A stretch of DNA of 64,000 bases from a candidate division WOR-3 bacterium (GCA_027053075.1 JALUEE010000047.1:11155-75154); one strand, 5' to 3'; shown: positions 39,029 through 48,724, counted from the first letter of the stretch. The notes: generated by a model not told the origin, from the sequence alone. Program-made: numbers and translations.

Positions 39029-40044
39029 GGCGTACCTCCTTTGGTTAGCCAGTTTTGAACTTCCTGCCAGAGTTCGTCGCGAGTATCCTTTTCCACGCTG
39101 CCATGAGTTTTGTGGAAAGCGCGCCACTTTTTGATTTCCGCTGTGCCCCAGCCCACAGTGCGCTTGGCGGAGATCCCATAGGGAGTAAGCAAAGTTTCAA
39201 TAGCTTCAAGCAGTTTTGGGAGTACATCCACAGGTTTTGCCTCTGGCTCCATACCGGGCCAGGGCGCGTAAAGTAATGAAAGTGTTCCTTCGGCTCCCTC
39301 AACTTCCTCTCTTTCTTGGGTTCCATCAGACTTTTTCTTCACCTGTATCGTCCGTCCAGGAACCACTTCATAGTAAATAGGTTGGGTGCCAGCGCGATTG
39401 GTACGACTATGTGGGTTGATGACCTCGAAGCCGATCTTGTTGAACCACGTGGGGTAGAAGACCAGAGCGCCCTGGTGGAAGTTTTTCTCTTCCTTCTTCT
39501 CGTTACCAAAGAGATGCTGAATCCAGTCCGGATCCCACCAGCCATCTATTTTGCCATTGTGTTGTTCCAGATATTCCATCAGTCCTTCGTGCATTCTACA
39601 GGCCCATCGCAGCATGCCTTTACAAGAGGAAGCCGCCATAAATGGCACGCCAAAGACCCGGTCTTTACGCACAGGGTTGTCCATCACATGGAAAATTCGG
39701 TCATCACGGGAATACCAGGGAGTGAGTAGTTCAAAATCCACCTGAAGAGCAAGCCAACGATCAGATAATAGCGTGGAAAAGTCAATTTGTAGTCCTGGAT
39801 ACAACTTGACCGGGAATCTCCGAGGCACTTTTCCCATGTATTCCTTACGGAGCCTCGTTTTCTCCCGCTCCGCCTGACGTTTTCCCTGTCTGTCATTTGT
39901 CTTTTCCGCTTCTAATCGCTTGATTTCAGTCTTCAAGAAGCATTTGAAAATATGATCGATAAAACCTCCGGCCAGCCTCCAAGCCACCGGAGTGTTTTCC
40001 AATGGTTCGCAAGTCTCAAGAAAGATGAAGTAATCCCAAGTCAT
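39025..40044 (-). CDS. cmr6: Cas7 family subunit (Cmr6-like)
   Basis: Motifs GVPFMAASSCKGMLRW and HLFGNEKKEEKNFHQGALVFYPTWF are present, with a C-terminal G-rich loop GWGTAEI. Confidence 0.65.
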   Translation of the reverse strand: MTWDYFIFLETCEPLENTPVAWRLAGGFIDHIFKCFLKTEIKRLEAEKTNDRQGKRQAEREKTRLRKEYMGKVPRRFPVKLYPGLQIDFSTLLSDRWLALQVDFELLTPWYSRDDRIFHVMDNPVRKDRVFGVPFMAASSCKGMLRWACRMHEGLMEYLEQHNGKIDGWWDPDWIQHLFGNEKKEEKNFHQGALVFYPTWFNKIGFEVINPHSRTNRAGTQPIYYEVVPGRTIQVKKKSDGTQEREEVEGAEGTLSLLYAPWPGMEPEAKPVDVLPKLLEAIETLLTPYGISAKRTVGWGTAEIKKWRAFHKTHGSVEKDTRDELWQEVQNWLTKGGTP

Positions 40045-41267
40045 GAATTTTCCTCCTGTTTGAACAATCGTTCCATAATTTGCTCTCCTGTAATGAAATC
40101 CTCATTCGGATTAAAGTCCTGCCAAATTTGCCCCAAGCGGCGCTTCATTTCTTCAAAATCCACTAAACCCGGCTTCACAAAGCCAAAGGTGCGGCGTGCT
40201 TCTTCTGGATGTTCGAAACTGAACACTTTTTTGCTTACCTGTTGACTACCCGCAAGCCAGTGATTAACCTCGTTATCTCGCCAGAAGTTCTGCGCTTGGT
40301 TCTTCCGCATATTCCTTCCAATGACAAGATTATATGTACTTTTGGTGAACGATTGCCTTGCCAGATACCGTCCTTTCACGAACCAGAAGTTTTGCAACGA
40401 GGCCCAGGCAAAATCTTGGTCGTTAAAGCTCTTTCGCCACCGTTCCTGTTTTACATATGCTTCTGCTTGCTGCAGAGTGCAGCCAACTCCTTGAGGCCGC
40501 TCCTCAACCGTGATGAGCCCGAAATCCTGATGGTGTCTCTTTCCGGCCCAAGCATTGATCTCCCGAGTTTCATTGTCCCTTCGCACTTTGATTTTGAGAG
40601 GTTCACCATGCGGTTTTCCACTAAGGAGGTTTTCAAGGTCAAGAAGACGAGTCACCAATGTGCTATCAACTTCCAGGATTACATCGCCTTCTTGTAACTG
40701 GAGCCCCCGCCGACTGTGTCGCACTTTTATCTGCCCGCTTGAATCGTCCAGATCATCGGCGCCAAGATCAGCGATTCCCCATTCATCTGACGGCTTGAAC
40801 ACCGTTTTCCCACCCAAGGCCCCGTATTCGGCAATAAGGTGGATGGTTGCATCCAGCAGACACCATTCTTCTGGATGAATAGGTCGCAAAGGGATGAAGC
40901 GTAGGATAAAAATATTACTCCCGTTGTCGTCATTATCTACCTTGATCTGATTTTGGATGACCTTTTTTCCATATTTGTCCACCACCATAAGCCGGAACTT
41001 GCGTGCCCAACCAGTGCAACCGAAAAGTTCACAAACCACGCAATGGTGGCCAGGTTCATGTGGCTGTTTGTTAGGAGCTGGGCAACGAATTTCCGACGCC
41101 GTCGGGTCACAAGCCTTCCCACCCAATCCTCGAACTAACACCTCGAACCACCAGCGAAGTGAACCCATTATACCGGTCAAGATCGTTCTTTCCCCACGCC
41201 TTGAAGCATCCCCTGTGAATATCGGGGTTAGCGCTTTTAACTTCCATTCCTCCCATTCTTTACTCAT
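40041..41267 (-). CDS. cmr1: Cmr1-like RAMP (Cas7 group) with Zn finger and an inserted PDZ-like domain
   Basis: - The RAMP N-terminus is LTPIFTGDA...GSLRWWFEVLVRG.
- The zinc finger is CPAPN..HHCVVCELFGCTGW.
- The first G-rich loop is GALGGKT.
- Residues ~165-240, GLQLQEGDVILEVDSTLVTRLLDLENLLSGKPHGEPLKIKVRRD, align with the PDZ core (GL.aGDvI..vnG..v.s...l...l.....G..l.l.v.R). Confidence 0.6.
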   Translation of the reverse strand: MSKEWEEWKLKALTPIFTGDASRRGERTILTGIMGSLRWWFEVLVRGLGGKACDPTASEIRCPAPNKQPHEPGHHCVVCELFGCTGWARKFRLMVVDKYGKKVIQNQIKVDNDDNGSNIFILRFIPLRPIHPEEWCLLDATIHLIAEYGALGGKTVFKPSDEWGIADLGADDLDDSSGQIKVRHSRRGLQLQEGDVILEVDSTLVTRLLDLENLLSGKPHGEPLKIKVRRDNETREINAWAGKRHHQDFGLITVEERPQGVGCTLQQAEAYVKQERWRKSFNDQDFAWASLQNFWFVKGRYLARQSFTKSTYNLVIGRNMRKNQAQNFWRDNEVNHWLAGSQQVSKKVFSFEHPEEARRTFGFVKPGLVDFEEMKRRLGQIWQDFNPNEDFITGEQIMERLFKQEENS

Positions 41268-41506
41268 TAGGATATCTCCATTTTTAAAATAACCTGTAAG
41301 GACAAGAGAATAACGGTTTCATCAGGAAATAAGCATTTCGGGTATAGGGAATCATGGCTGTAGAAATTCAAGAGATAAAAAGTCTCTGTGAACCAGAATC
41401 TCATTGCGCCTCTTATCGAGGCGGGGCGGAGTTCGGGCTCACCCTCTGGGTCAGCTCCGCCCATAAACATTGGGGTTAAGACTTTTAGTTTGAAGGTGGT
41501 TTTCAT
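41267..41506 (-). pseudogene. 79-aa ORF consisting of a Cmr1-type RAMP N-terminal motif followed by unrelated sequence; probable duplicated/decayed cmr1 fragment
   Basis: The first half of LTPMFMGGADPEGEPELRPASIRGAMRFWF is a textbook Cmr1 N-terminus. No continuation exists in any frame. It has its own GGAGG RBS, and its stop overlaps the start of the full-length cmr1. Confidence 0.45.
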
Positions 41507-41543
41507 AGTCCCTCCTTACCCATTCGCAAAGAATGGGATTTTG

Positions 41544-42302
41544 TTAATCCTTATTTCTCACCACTTCGATCATGCCGAAGCCCTGGCTGTTTTTGGCTCC
41601 CAGGCCCGCATTGTAAGCAAGCATAAACCAGGGCTCGGGCAGGCTTAATTCATATATTCCTACCCAACCCTTAACAATGACGCCTTTAAACTTCGTTATT
41701 ATCTCGTTGTGCTTCTTAACCTTTACGGGCTTTATATACCCCTCAATTGGTGGGATGTCGTTTTTGGAGAAGTAAGCTTTGGCCTTGCGACGGAGGTTAT
41801 CAAAGATCAATTCTTCAAATTCTTTCTCGAAGGGACTAAAGTAATAGGTCTTTCTCTGTCCATCGGACGTGTATAAAGTTCGATAAACTGTTATCGGAGA
41901 GATTGCTTTAATTTTCATAGGTCCCGAGAGTTTGAAAGGTCTCTCAACCTCAATTGATACGAGATTGCATTTAGCTGAGCCGATTCTTACCACCCCTTCC
42001 TTAACCAGTGTAGCTGCGAAAGATTCGAGAATCTCAATATCAACAGATGAAATCTTAAACCAAACTCGCCCCTCAAAAATCAGCTTTTTGCTTATCGGAT
42101 CATACCTTCTATTTTCACCGAAGAGTCTTGAGAAGGTGTATAACTTGAATCTTCTCTTTCCAAATTGGTAGCCTTCATCATGTACCCATTCAGCGAGCTT
42201 CTCTTTGATGTTGTTGAGGATAAAACTCTGGATGATGTGGTTGTAATTGACGGAGATTCTAAGGATTCCGTTCTCTGGCTCAAATTTTACAATTAATCTC
42301 AA
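41544..42302 (-). CDS. cas6: Cas6 pre-crRNA endoribonuclease
   Basis: The C-terminal G-rich loop is GLGAKNSQGFGMIE, and the size (252 aa) fits. It uses a TTG start with an AGGAGG RBS. It is the first gene of the operon, below a 340-bp AT-rich promoter region. Confidence 0.85.
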   Translation of the reverse strand: MRLIVKFEPENGILRISVNYNHIIQSFILNNIKEKLAEWVHDEGYQFGKRRFKLYTFSRLFGENRRYDPISKKLIFEGRVWFKISSVDIEILESFAATLVKEGVVRIGSAKCNLVSIEVERPFKLSGPMKIKAISPITVYRTLYTSDGQRKTYYFSPFEKEFEELIFDNLRRKAKAYFSKNDIPPIEGYIKPVKVKKHNEIITKFKGVIVKGWVGIYELSLPEPWFMLAYNAGLGAKNSQGFGMIEVVRNKD

Positions 42303-42644
42303 AACATCCTCCTACTTGAAACCTATTTTAATAGTTCGTTAACCGTACTTGCAAGTAGCAGGATGACATCGTTGTGAAAAGTTATAAATTGCTGGTTTTG
42401 TAGAGATTCTCCATGCGCACGAAGTGGGGGAAAATTTATCAATATATTTCAAAGCTTAGCGCTTTATAGTGATCGATAATTCCTATTATTCAAACAAGTT
42501 TGATAACGAGTGGACTTTTATGCAAGAAGGCGAATATAATTTCAGTTTGAAATTGTGTTGGGTAAAGGATGCTTTGAATGTAAACTTACCCTTCATAAGC
42601 GTGTATAGGAAAAAATCCCGCGCTGCGGGATAGGAGGTTGTCAG

Positions 42645-44297
42645 ATGAAAAAATTGTTGCCGGTAATATTATTGGTGAGTACACTATGGAGTTACAAATA
42701 TGCAGTGGTAATAAAGGGGTCAACTTACAGCAACGATCCTGGGTGGAGGGCAGTTGCGGACACGCTCATAAATAGACATAACGGCAGGCTTTTTACATGG
42801 ACATCAAGGGTAACCGATGTGCAGGATTCGTTGAGTGCCTACATGCCTGATTACATTGCCTTTATTGCCAGACCGGTTATTGAACTGAACGCAAATTTTG
42901 TCAGAACCGTATCCACAATGACAAGGGAATTGGACGATGACCCCTACGGAGATGCTATCTGGGGAATTGTAACAGGATTTTATGCGGATGATGCCATTCG
43001 TGCAGTGACAGTTGATAGTTTAAGAGTAAAAAGCCTTCTCGGTGGGTTTATCGGCTATACCGGACTTGTCCATCAATCCATTACCACCTCAGTCTCCCAG
43101 CATCACAGAATTGTATTTACTTTTCCTGATAGGGCCGTAATTGATACTGTTGCAAGTGACCTGTGTCCCACGGACAGAACATATATGCTTGCAGGATATT
43201 TGAATAACGGATTCAACGATTCATTACCGGGTCATCCACGCATTGAGGGACCTGTGGATATGTTTGTAACTTCAGGGCATGCCAATGTAGATGTCTGGCA
43301 ATTGCATTATCCTGATCCGGACGATGAAGGATACTTCCGGTCAAGATTCCCTGGCCAGCTTTATGGTGCTCCCCACAGTGGAGCAGATACTTTAATAAAT
43401 TCTACCAATCCCAAAGTCTATTATGCCCCGGGGAATTGTTTGATAGCAAATCCAAGTATGTATGACAACATGGTTTATGCCTGGTTCCACACGGGCGGGG
43501 CAATCCAGATGATAGGCTACATAGTGGTAACATGGTATGGATACATGGGATGGGGAGTTGGATCATATTTCTTTCAATCTCAGGGAGACTATACCCTTCA
43601 GGAATCATTTTTCGCCAACAATCAGTCCCTTGTTTATGATTTACTCCACGGTACTCCGGGCACTGATTCATCGGGTCTGGCTTATGATAAGGACGCAGTG
43701 GTAATATATGGCGATCCTGCGCAACCTGTGAGACTTTATCCGGTAAGATCACCCCTCTACTCTCAGAGTTTAACTGTCCGTCACGGTTCAACAAGAGATA
43801 CTTTCGAATACAGAATTACGGTTAATTACGACAGCACCGCTTTAAGCAGACATCCTATTGGATTCCTGCCCTACAGGATTGACAGCGTCCAAATATTAGA
43901 AACTAACGCTGTTGATGCCGTTGTAACAGATAACTTTGTGATGCTGCACTGCTGGCATTCGGGAATGCAAAGACTGAGTGCGGGTGATCAGAGGTACGTA
44001 ATATTTACCGGTAAACGAATACCCACACAGGTACAGGAGACACCGGAACCTGTTCAAATTGATTTCCCTTCAATGGTTACGGGTGAATACTTAACCATTA
44101 GATTCGGAAACGTTAGTCAGGGACCCTGGCAACTCAGTGTGTACGGGTTAGATGGACGTAAAATCCTTAGTCAAAGGTTATTACCCAATAGTGGCACTCG
44201 CTTCACTTTGCCATGGAACCTGCCCGCTGGAGTTTACTTTGTGAGGATTTACTCAAACACTACAGGAGTGATGAAAAGGGTAATAGTTGTTAGGTAA
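42645..44297 (+). CDS. secreted protein, possibly a cysteine peptidase (C25/gingipain-like), with T9SS-type C-terminal domain
   Basis: A signal peptide is present, and the C-terminal tail (GVYFVRIYSNTTGVMKRVIVVR) resembles the other two sorting tails. The peptidase assignment is weak. Confidence 0.35.
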   Translation: MKKLLPVILLVSTLWSYKYAVVIKGSTYSNDPGWRAVADTLINRHNGRLFTWTSRVTDVQDSLSAYMPDYIAFIARPVIELNANFVRTVSTMTRELDDDPYGDAIWGIVTGFYADDAIRAVTVDSLRVKSLLGGFIGYTGLVHQSITTSVSQHHRIVFTFPDRAVIDTVASDLCPTDRTYMLAGYLNNGFNDSLPGHPRIEGPVDMFVTSGHANVDVWQLHYPDPDDEGYFRSRFPGQLYGAPHSGADTLINSTNPKVYYAPGNCLIANPSMYDNMVYAWFHTGGAIQMIGYIVVTWYGYMGWGVGSYFFQSQGDYTLQESFFANNQSLVYDLLHGTPGTDSSGLAYDKDAVVIYGDPAQPVRLYPVRSPLYSQSLTVRHGSTRDTFEYRITVNYDSTALSRHPIGFLPYRIDSVQILETNAVDAVVTDNFVMLHCWHSGMQRLSAGDQRYVIFTGKRIPTQVQETPEPVQIDFPSMVTGEYLTIRFGNVSQGPWQLSVYGLDGRKILSQRLLPNSGTRFTLPWNLPAGVYFVRIYSNTTGVMKRVIVVR

Positions 44298-44339
44298 CAG
44301 GTTATGAAGATGGGACCTGTTCGAAAATTTCTTATTGGG

Positions 44340-44412
44340 CATTAAATCTTATTGATATCTTTCACCATTCTCCCCTAACCCCTCCTTCCTCAAGGGAGGA
44401 GGGGAATTTGGA
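44340..44412. repeat. partial copy of repeat family A (CCATTCTCCCCTAACCCCTCCTTCC..GGAGGAGGGGAA)
   Basis: It is near-identical to the second half of the elements at 19340-19420 and 47330-47385. Confidence 0.5.
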
Positions 44413-45087
44413 CTTGCAATGAGCTAAACGTGATAGATGCAGGGTCAAAAGGGGATCGTCTTGCGAAAGGATTTTCTAACCAACAAAGATATCCACAGAA
44501 TCTTCCTCTCACCACGTAAATACTTGCGGGGATAGGATTGAGGTGAGGGGCAACAACTTAATTTTTCAAGATTTCAAGTGGAATGCCCCCTCCCTGAATC
44601 CCTCCCCCGCGCATCGCGCGGGGGAGGGGTGCCTTTATGTGTATGCTACACAAGATTCGCTCGTGAGGGAATGACACTTGCCACATAGACGGAGTTTCAG
44701 CTTCCCTGAGTAAATTTTCTTGTGTAGAGAGAAATCAGGGGAGAATGGGAAAAATTAACTATCTTTAGGTCGTCTAATAGAGCGATATTCCTAAACATGC
44801 ATAAAATACCAATAAATTTATCCATTCCACCCCACCCCTCCCTTCCAAAGGAAGGGAGGGAGTTTTGCTACTTGTCGTGCCTGGAGAAAGTTGTTTAACA
44901 TCACTTCCATACGCTACATAATAGCAAGGGGGACATTTTTGAACAGGCTCATCCTGTATGGCAAACTCTTAGGGATAGCTTCCGATTCTTTTCTACTTCG
45001 AAATTTCAAACCCTGCTTGACATTCTTCCCTCTCTTATTCCATCAACAGGGAAAAGAAACTTTCATAAATTCAAGTTTCTGACCCTA

Positions 45088-47118
45088 TCAGCTTACTTTT
45101 GTGCCGGGTGGAACTTCTTTGTCTGGATGCAGAAGTACTACGTTGCCGTCCTTGTCCACAGCGGCAAGTATCATTCCCTGTGAAAGTATGCCCCTTATTT
45201 TCCTTGGCTCTAAATTGGCAAGAACCGGGAGCTCCTTACCCACAACATCCTCAGGACTGTAAAACTTAGCAATTCCGGCCACGAGGGTTATGACTTTATC
45301 CCCGAGGTCAACCTTGAGCTTCAAAAGCCTGTCCGCTCCCTCTACCTTTTCCGCTTCAAGGATTTTCCCGATTCTAATATCCAACTTTGCAAACTCATCA
45401 TACGAAATCTTTTTCTCTTCCACCTCTTTCTCCTCCTTCTGTGGCTCAGGCTTTTTGAGCCTTGACTTCAATTTGTTTACCTCGGCTTCTATCTTTTCAT
45501 CAGAGATTTTCCTGTACAGAATCTCTATCTCACCAAGCTCAAGTCCCGCTGGCAAATCCAGCTTCCCAGCATCCTCCCACGTAAGCCTGTCTTTAATATT
45601 CAGCATCTGCCTTATCTTTTGAGCCCCAAATGGGATAAATGGCTCCGCAAGAACGGACAGGGTTTTCACCAGCGAAGCGCACAGGTAAAGGGTTCTTGCC
45701 GTCTCCTCAGCATCGGTTTTCCTTGTTACCCAGGGTTTCTTGTAGTCAAAATATCTGTTGGCAAGGTTGGAGAGGTCGAGAACCTCACGCAAGGCCTTCC
45801 TCATTTCAAATTTTTCAAGGAGTGCCCCCACTTTCCCGGGTGCCTCTTCGATAGCTTTAATGACCTCAAGGTCCATATCTTTGAAATTCTTTGCCTCAGG
45901 AATTCTGCCACCGAGGTAATTCTTGATAAAGCTCAGGGTTCTATTCACAAAATTGCCGAAATTATCCGCGAGCTCCGAATTCACCCTCTGCTGAAATTCA
46001 TAAAAATTAAAATCCGAATCCTTGTATTCAGGAAGTGAAAATGCCAGTCCGAATCTCACATAATCGGGGCCAAACGCATCCACAAACTCGGGAATCCAGA
46101 TTGCCCAGCCCCGGGAGGTTGAAATCTTGTCTCCCATCAAGTTCATGAACTCGTTGGCCGGGACGTTATCCGGGAGCACAAAGTCACCGTGTGCCATAAG
46201 CATGGCAGGCCACACGATGGCATGGAAGACAATGTTATCCTTCCCTATGAAATGGATGAGCCTGGTTTTGGGGTCAAGCCAGTAATCCTTCCATTTGTTG
46301 GGCTGACCAATCTTTTCGGCCCATTCCTTTGTGGAAGAAATGTAGCCGATGGGGGCATCAAACCACACGTAGAGCACCTTCCCTTTGGCTTCAGGCAGGG
46401 GAACCGGCACACCCCACTCAAGGTCACGGGTAATGGCACGGTCTTTGAGTCCCTCCTTAATCCAGCCGAGGGCTGTGTTTTTAACGTTTTCCTTCCAGTC
46501 TTTTGACTCGAGCCATTTTCTTAAAGGCTCAGCAAATGCGGAGAGTTTGAAATAGTAGTGATAGGTCTTTTTAATTACAGGAGTGGTTCCACAGATGGCA
46601 CATTTGGGATCAATGAGCTCCGTGGGCTCAAGCCATCTGCCGCATTTCTCACATTGATCACCCCGAGCATGGGGGTAACCGCAATACGGACAGGTTCCAA
46701 CAACATACCTATCCGGCAGGAATCTTTTACATTTTGGGCAGTAAAATTGCTCGATGTCCTTTTTGTAAATGTAACCCTTCTCATAGATTCTCAGGAAAAA
46801 GTCCTGTGAGGTTTTATAATGCACGGGTTTTGTGGTTCTTGAAAAATTATCAAAAGAAATGCCTAATTTATCGAAGCTGTTTTTGATGTCTTTGTAGTAG
46901 TAGTCAACCAATTCTTTTGGAGTTATGCCCTGCTTTTCGGCCGCGATAGTAATTGCAACTCCGTGCTCGTCTGTGCCGCAGATATAGACAACGTCGTCGC
47001 CTTTGAGTCTCTTATATCTAACATAGATGTCAGCGGGGAGATAGGCCCCGGCAATATGACCAATGTGAAGGGGACCATTGGCATAGGGTAAAGCGCTTGT
47101 AACGAGTAATTTTTCCAT
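45088..47118 (-). CDS. metG: methionine--tRNA ligase with C-terminal tRNA-binding domain
   Basis: The HIGH motif is PYANGPLHIGH. The KMSKS-type motif is KISTSRG. Zinc-knuckle cysteines are present. Confidence 0.9.
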   Translation of the reverse strand: MEKLLVTSALPYANGPLHIGHIAGAYLPADIYVRYKRLKGDDVVYICGTDEHGVAITIAAEKQGITPKELVDYYYKDIKNSFDKLGISFDNFSRTTKPVHYKTSQDFFLRIYEKGYIYKKDIEQFYCPKCKRFLPDRYVVGTCPYCGYPHARGDQCEKCGRWLEPTELIDPKCAICGTTPVIKKTYHYYFKLSAFAEPLRKWLESKDWKENVKNTALGWIKEGLKDRAITRDLEWGVPVPLPEAKGKVLYVWFDAPIGYISSTKEWAEKIGQPNKWKDYWLDPKTRLIHFIGKDNIVFHAIVWPAMLMAHGDFVLPDNVPANEFMNLMGDKISTSRGWAIWIPEFVDAFGPDYVRFGLAFSLPEYKDSDFNFYEFQQRVNSELADNFGNFVNRTLSFIKNYLGGRIPEAKNFKDMDLEVIKAIEEAPGKVGALLEKFEMRKALREVLDLSNLANRYFDYKKPWVTRKTDAEETARTLYLCASLVKTLSVLAEPFIPFGAQKIRQMLNIKDRLTWEDAGKLDLPAGLELGEIEILYRKISDEKIEAEVNKLKSRLKKPEPQKEEKEVEEKKISYDEFAKLDIRIGKILEAEKVEGADRLLKLKVDLGDKVITLVAGIAKFYSPEDVVGKELPVLANLEPRKIRGILSQGMILAAVDKDGNVVLLHPDKEVPPGTKVS

Positions 47119-47261
47119 TTGACCACTCCTTTGGGGGTTAATTATAGCTTTTAAGCGAGGTTATTTCAATTGAGTGGGACCCACTCGAAAATGTTATCCC
47201 ACCTTTTTGTTACGCACGTAGTGCACTGGGACCTTTTCAAGAAATCCAGAGATATTTCACC

Positions 47262-47390
47262 ATCCCTTCCTTGGGAAAGGGATGGCCGGGGTGGAATGGG
47301 TGGCCAACAAAATTTCAGAATTATCCATTTGTCCCCATTCTCCCCTGACCCCTCCTTCCTGAGGAAGGAGGGGAAATTCCGGGATTGATT
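47262..47390. repeat. full copy of repeat family A in the metG upstream / argG downstream spacer
   Basis: It reads CCATCCCTTCC..GGAAAGGGATGG-CCGGGGTGGAATGGG...CCATTCTCCCCTGACCCCTCCTTCC..GGAGGGGAAA. Confidence 0.5.
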
Positions 47391-47481
47391 TATGGAACGT
47401 ATGCTTGTTGATAAAACGGTAGGATAATCTCGCGGTCTTGTATGGGAAGGAAATTTTTTGAGGGGGTTTATTTTAGAGGGG

Positions 47482-47508
47482 GGGGCGCGCCGCGAAGCGG
47501 CGCGCCCC
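47482..47508. terminator. GC hairpin GGGGCGCGCCG-CGAAG-CGGCGCGCCCC after the argG stop
   Basis: It is a perfect 11-bp stem with a CGAAG loop. Confidence 0.45.
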
Positions 47509-47545
47509 ACTCAAAAAATCTATCCTTGAAAGGAGGCAGTGCGGG

Positions 47546-48724
47546 CTAATTCTCGTAAAGCACCAGTTCAAGACCAAAAATCTTTATAAATCCCTCTGAT
47601 GCCTTATGGTCAAATTTATCTCCTTCACTGTAGGTCGCAAGCTCCTTCCTGTAAATCGCTTTGGGTGATTTGCGACCCACAATCTGCATGCTTCCTTTAT
47701 AAAACTTCAACCTCACGGTGCCTGTTACATGCTCCTGAGTCTTCTCCATAAAGGCATCAAGCGCCTCCTTCATGGGCGAGAACCATTTCCCGAAATAAAC
47801 AAGCCGGGCATAATAGTTTGATAGATTCTGCTTCAGGAAAATCAAATCCTTTGGCAATGTTAGAAATTCCAGAGCTTTGTGAGCCTCGATGAGACTCAGG
47901 GCTCCCGGGGCTTCGTAAACCTCTCTTGACTTAATTCCCACAAGTCTGCTTTCAATATGATCAATTCTACCATATCCATTCTCACCACCCACTTTGTTCA
48001 GGTATTCGATAATCTCCAGGAATGACTTTTTCTCACTGTTTATCCCAACAGGCACACCTTTTTCAAATTCTACTTCAACATAAGTGGGCTCATCTGGGGC
48101 CTTTTCAGGGGCGACAGTCATCAGGAATGCGTCCTCCGGGGGTTCGACGTACGGGTCTTCAAGGACTCCCGCTTCAATGGACCTACCCCAGATATTGAAG
48201 TCTATGGAATACGGGCTCTTTTTAGTCACTGGAATAGGGACACCCTTCTCTTTTGCATAGTCAATGAGCTCATCACGTGAAAATTGCCACTCTCTTATGG
48301 GAGCTATGACCTTTAGGTGTGGAGCGAGGATATTGAAGGAAACATCAAACCTCACCTGATCATTTCCCTTTCCTGTGCATCCATGCGCAACTGCCACAGC
48401 ATTTTCCTTTTCTGCAACTTCGACAAGAGTTTTTGCAATCAGTGGACGGGAAAGTGAGCTTATAAGGGGATAAACCCCTTCATAAAGGGCATTTGCCTTG
48501 AGCGCTGGTAGAACATACTCGTTGACAAATTCTTCCTTTTTATCAAAGACATAAACTTTTTTAGCACCGATCTTGTAGGCTTTCTCTTTTATCTCCTCAA
48601 GGTCTTCACCCTGCCCAACGTCTATTGTGACGGCAATCACACCGTACCCGTACTTGTCCTGAATCCATTTGATGGCTGTTGAGGTATCGAGACCTCCTGA
48701 GTATGCAAGCACTACATCACCCAT
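47546..48724 (-). CDS. argG: argininosuccinate synthase
   Basis: PP-loop AYSGGLDTS. Confidence 0.9.
   Translation of the reverse strand: MGDVVLAYSGGLDTSTAIKWIQDKYGYGVIAVTIDVGQGEDLEEIKEKAYKIGAKKVYVFDKKEEFVNEYVLPALKANALYEGVYPLISSLSRPLIAKTLVEVAEKENAVAVAHGCTGKGNDQVRFDVSFNILAPHLKVIAPIREWQFSRDELIDYAKEKGVPIPVTKKSPYSIDFNIWGRSIEAGVLEDPYVEPPEDAFLMTVAPEKAPDEPTYVEVEFEKGVPVGINSEKKSFLEIIEYLNKVGGENGYGRIDHIESRLVGIKSREVYEAPGALSLIEAHKALEFLTLPKDLIFLKQNLSNYYARLVYFGKWFSPMKEALDAFMEKTQEHVTGTVRLKFYKGSMQIVGRKSPKAIYRKELATYSEGDKFDHKASEGFIKIFGLELVLYEN

Noticed and set aside
39029-39127. Cas10 start at 39127
   Set aside because: It would overlap cmr6 by about 100 bp. The ATG at 39028 gives the 4-bp stop/start overlap used by every other junction in the operon.
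32018-42302. Type III-E (gRAMP/Cas7-11) or III-F assignment
   Set aside because: The Cas7 paralogs are separate genes (Cmr1-, Cmr4-, Cmr6-like). A separate Cas5 (Cmr3) and a Cas11 are present. The order matches III-C instead.
42645-44297. Idea that the divergent 550-aa putative cysteine peptidase is a Craspase-like partner of the PDZ-bearing Cmr1
   Set aside because: It carries a signal peptide and a T9SS-type sorting tail, so it is exported. The cytoplasmic effector complex could not use it. It is probably an unrelated surface or secreted enzyme.
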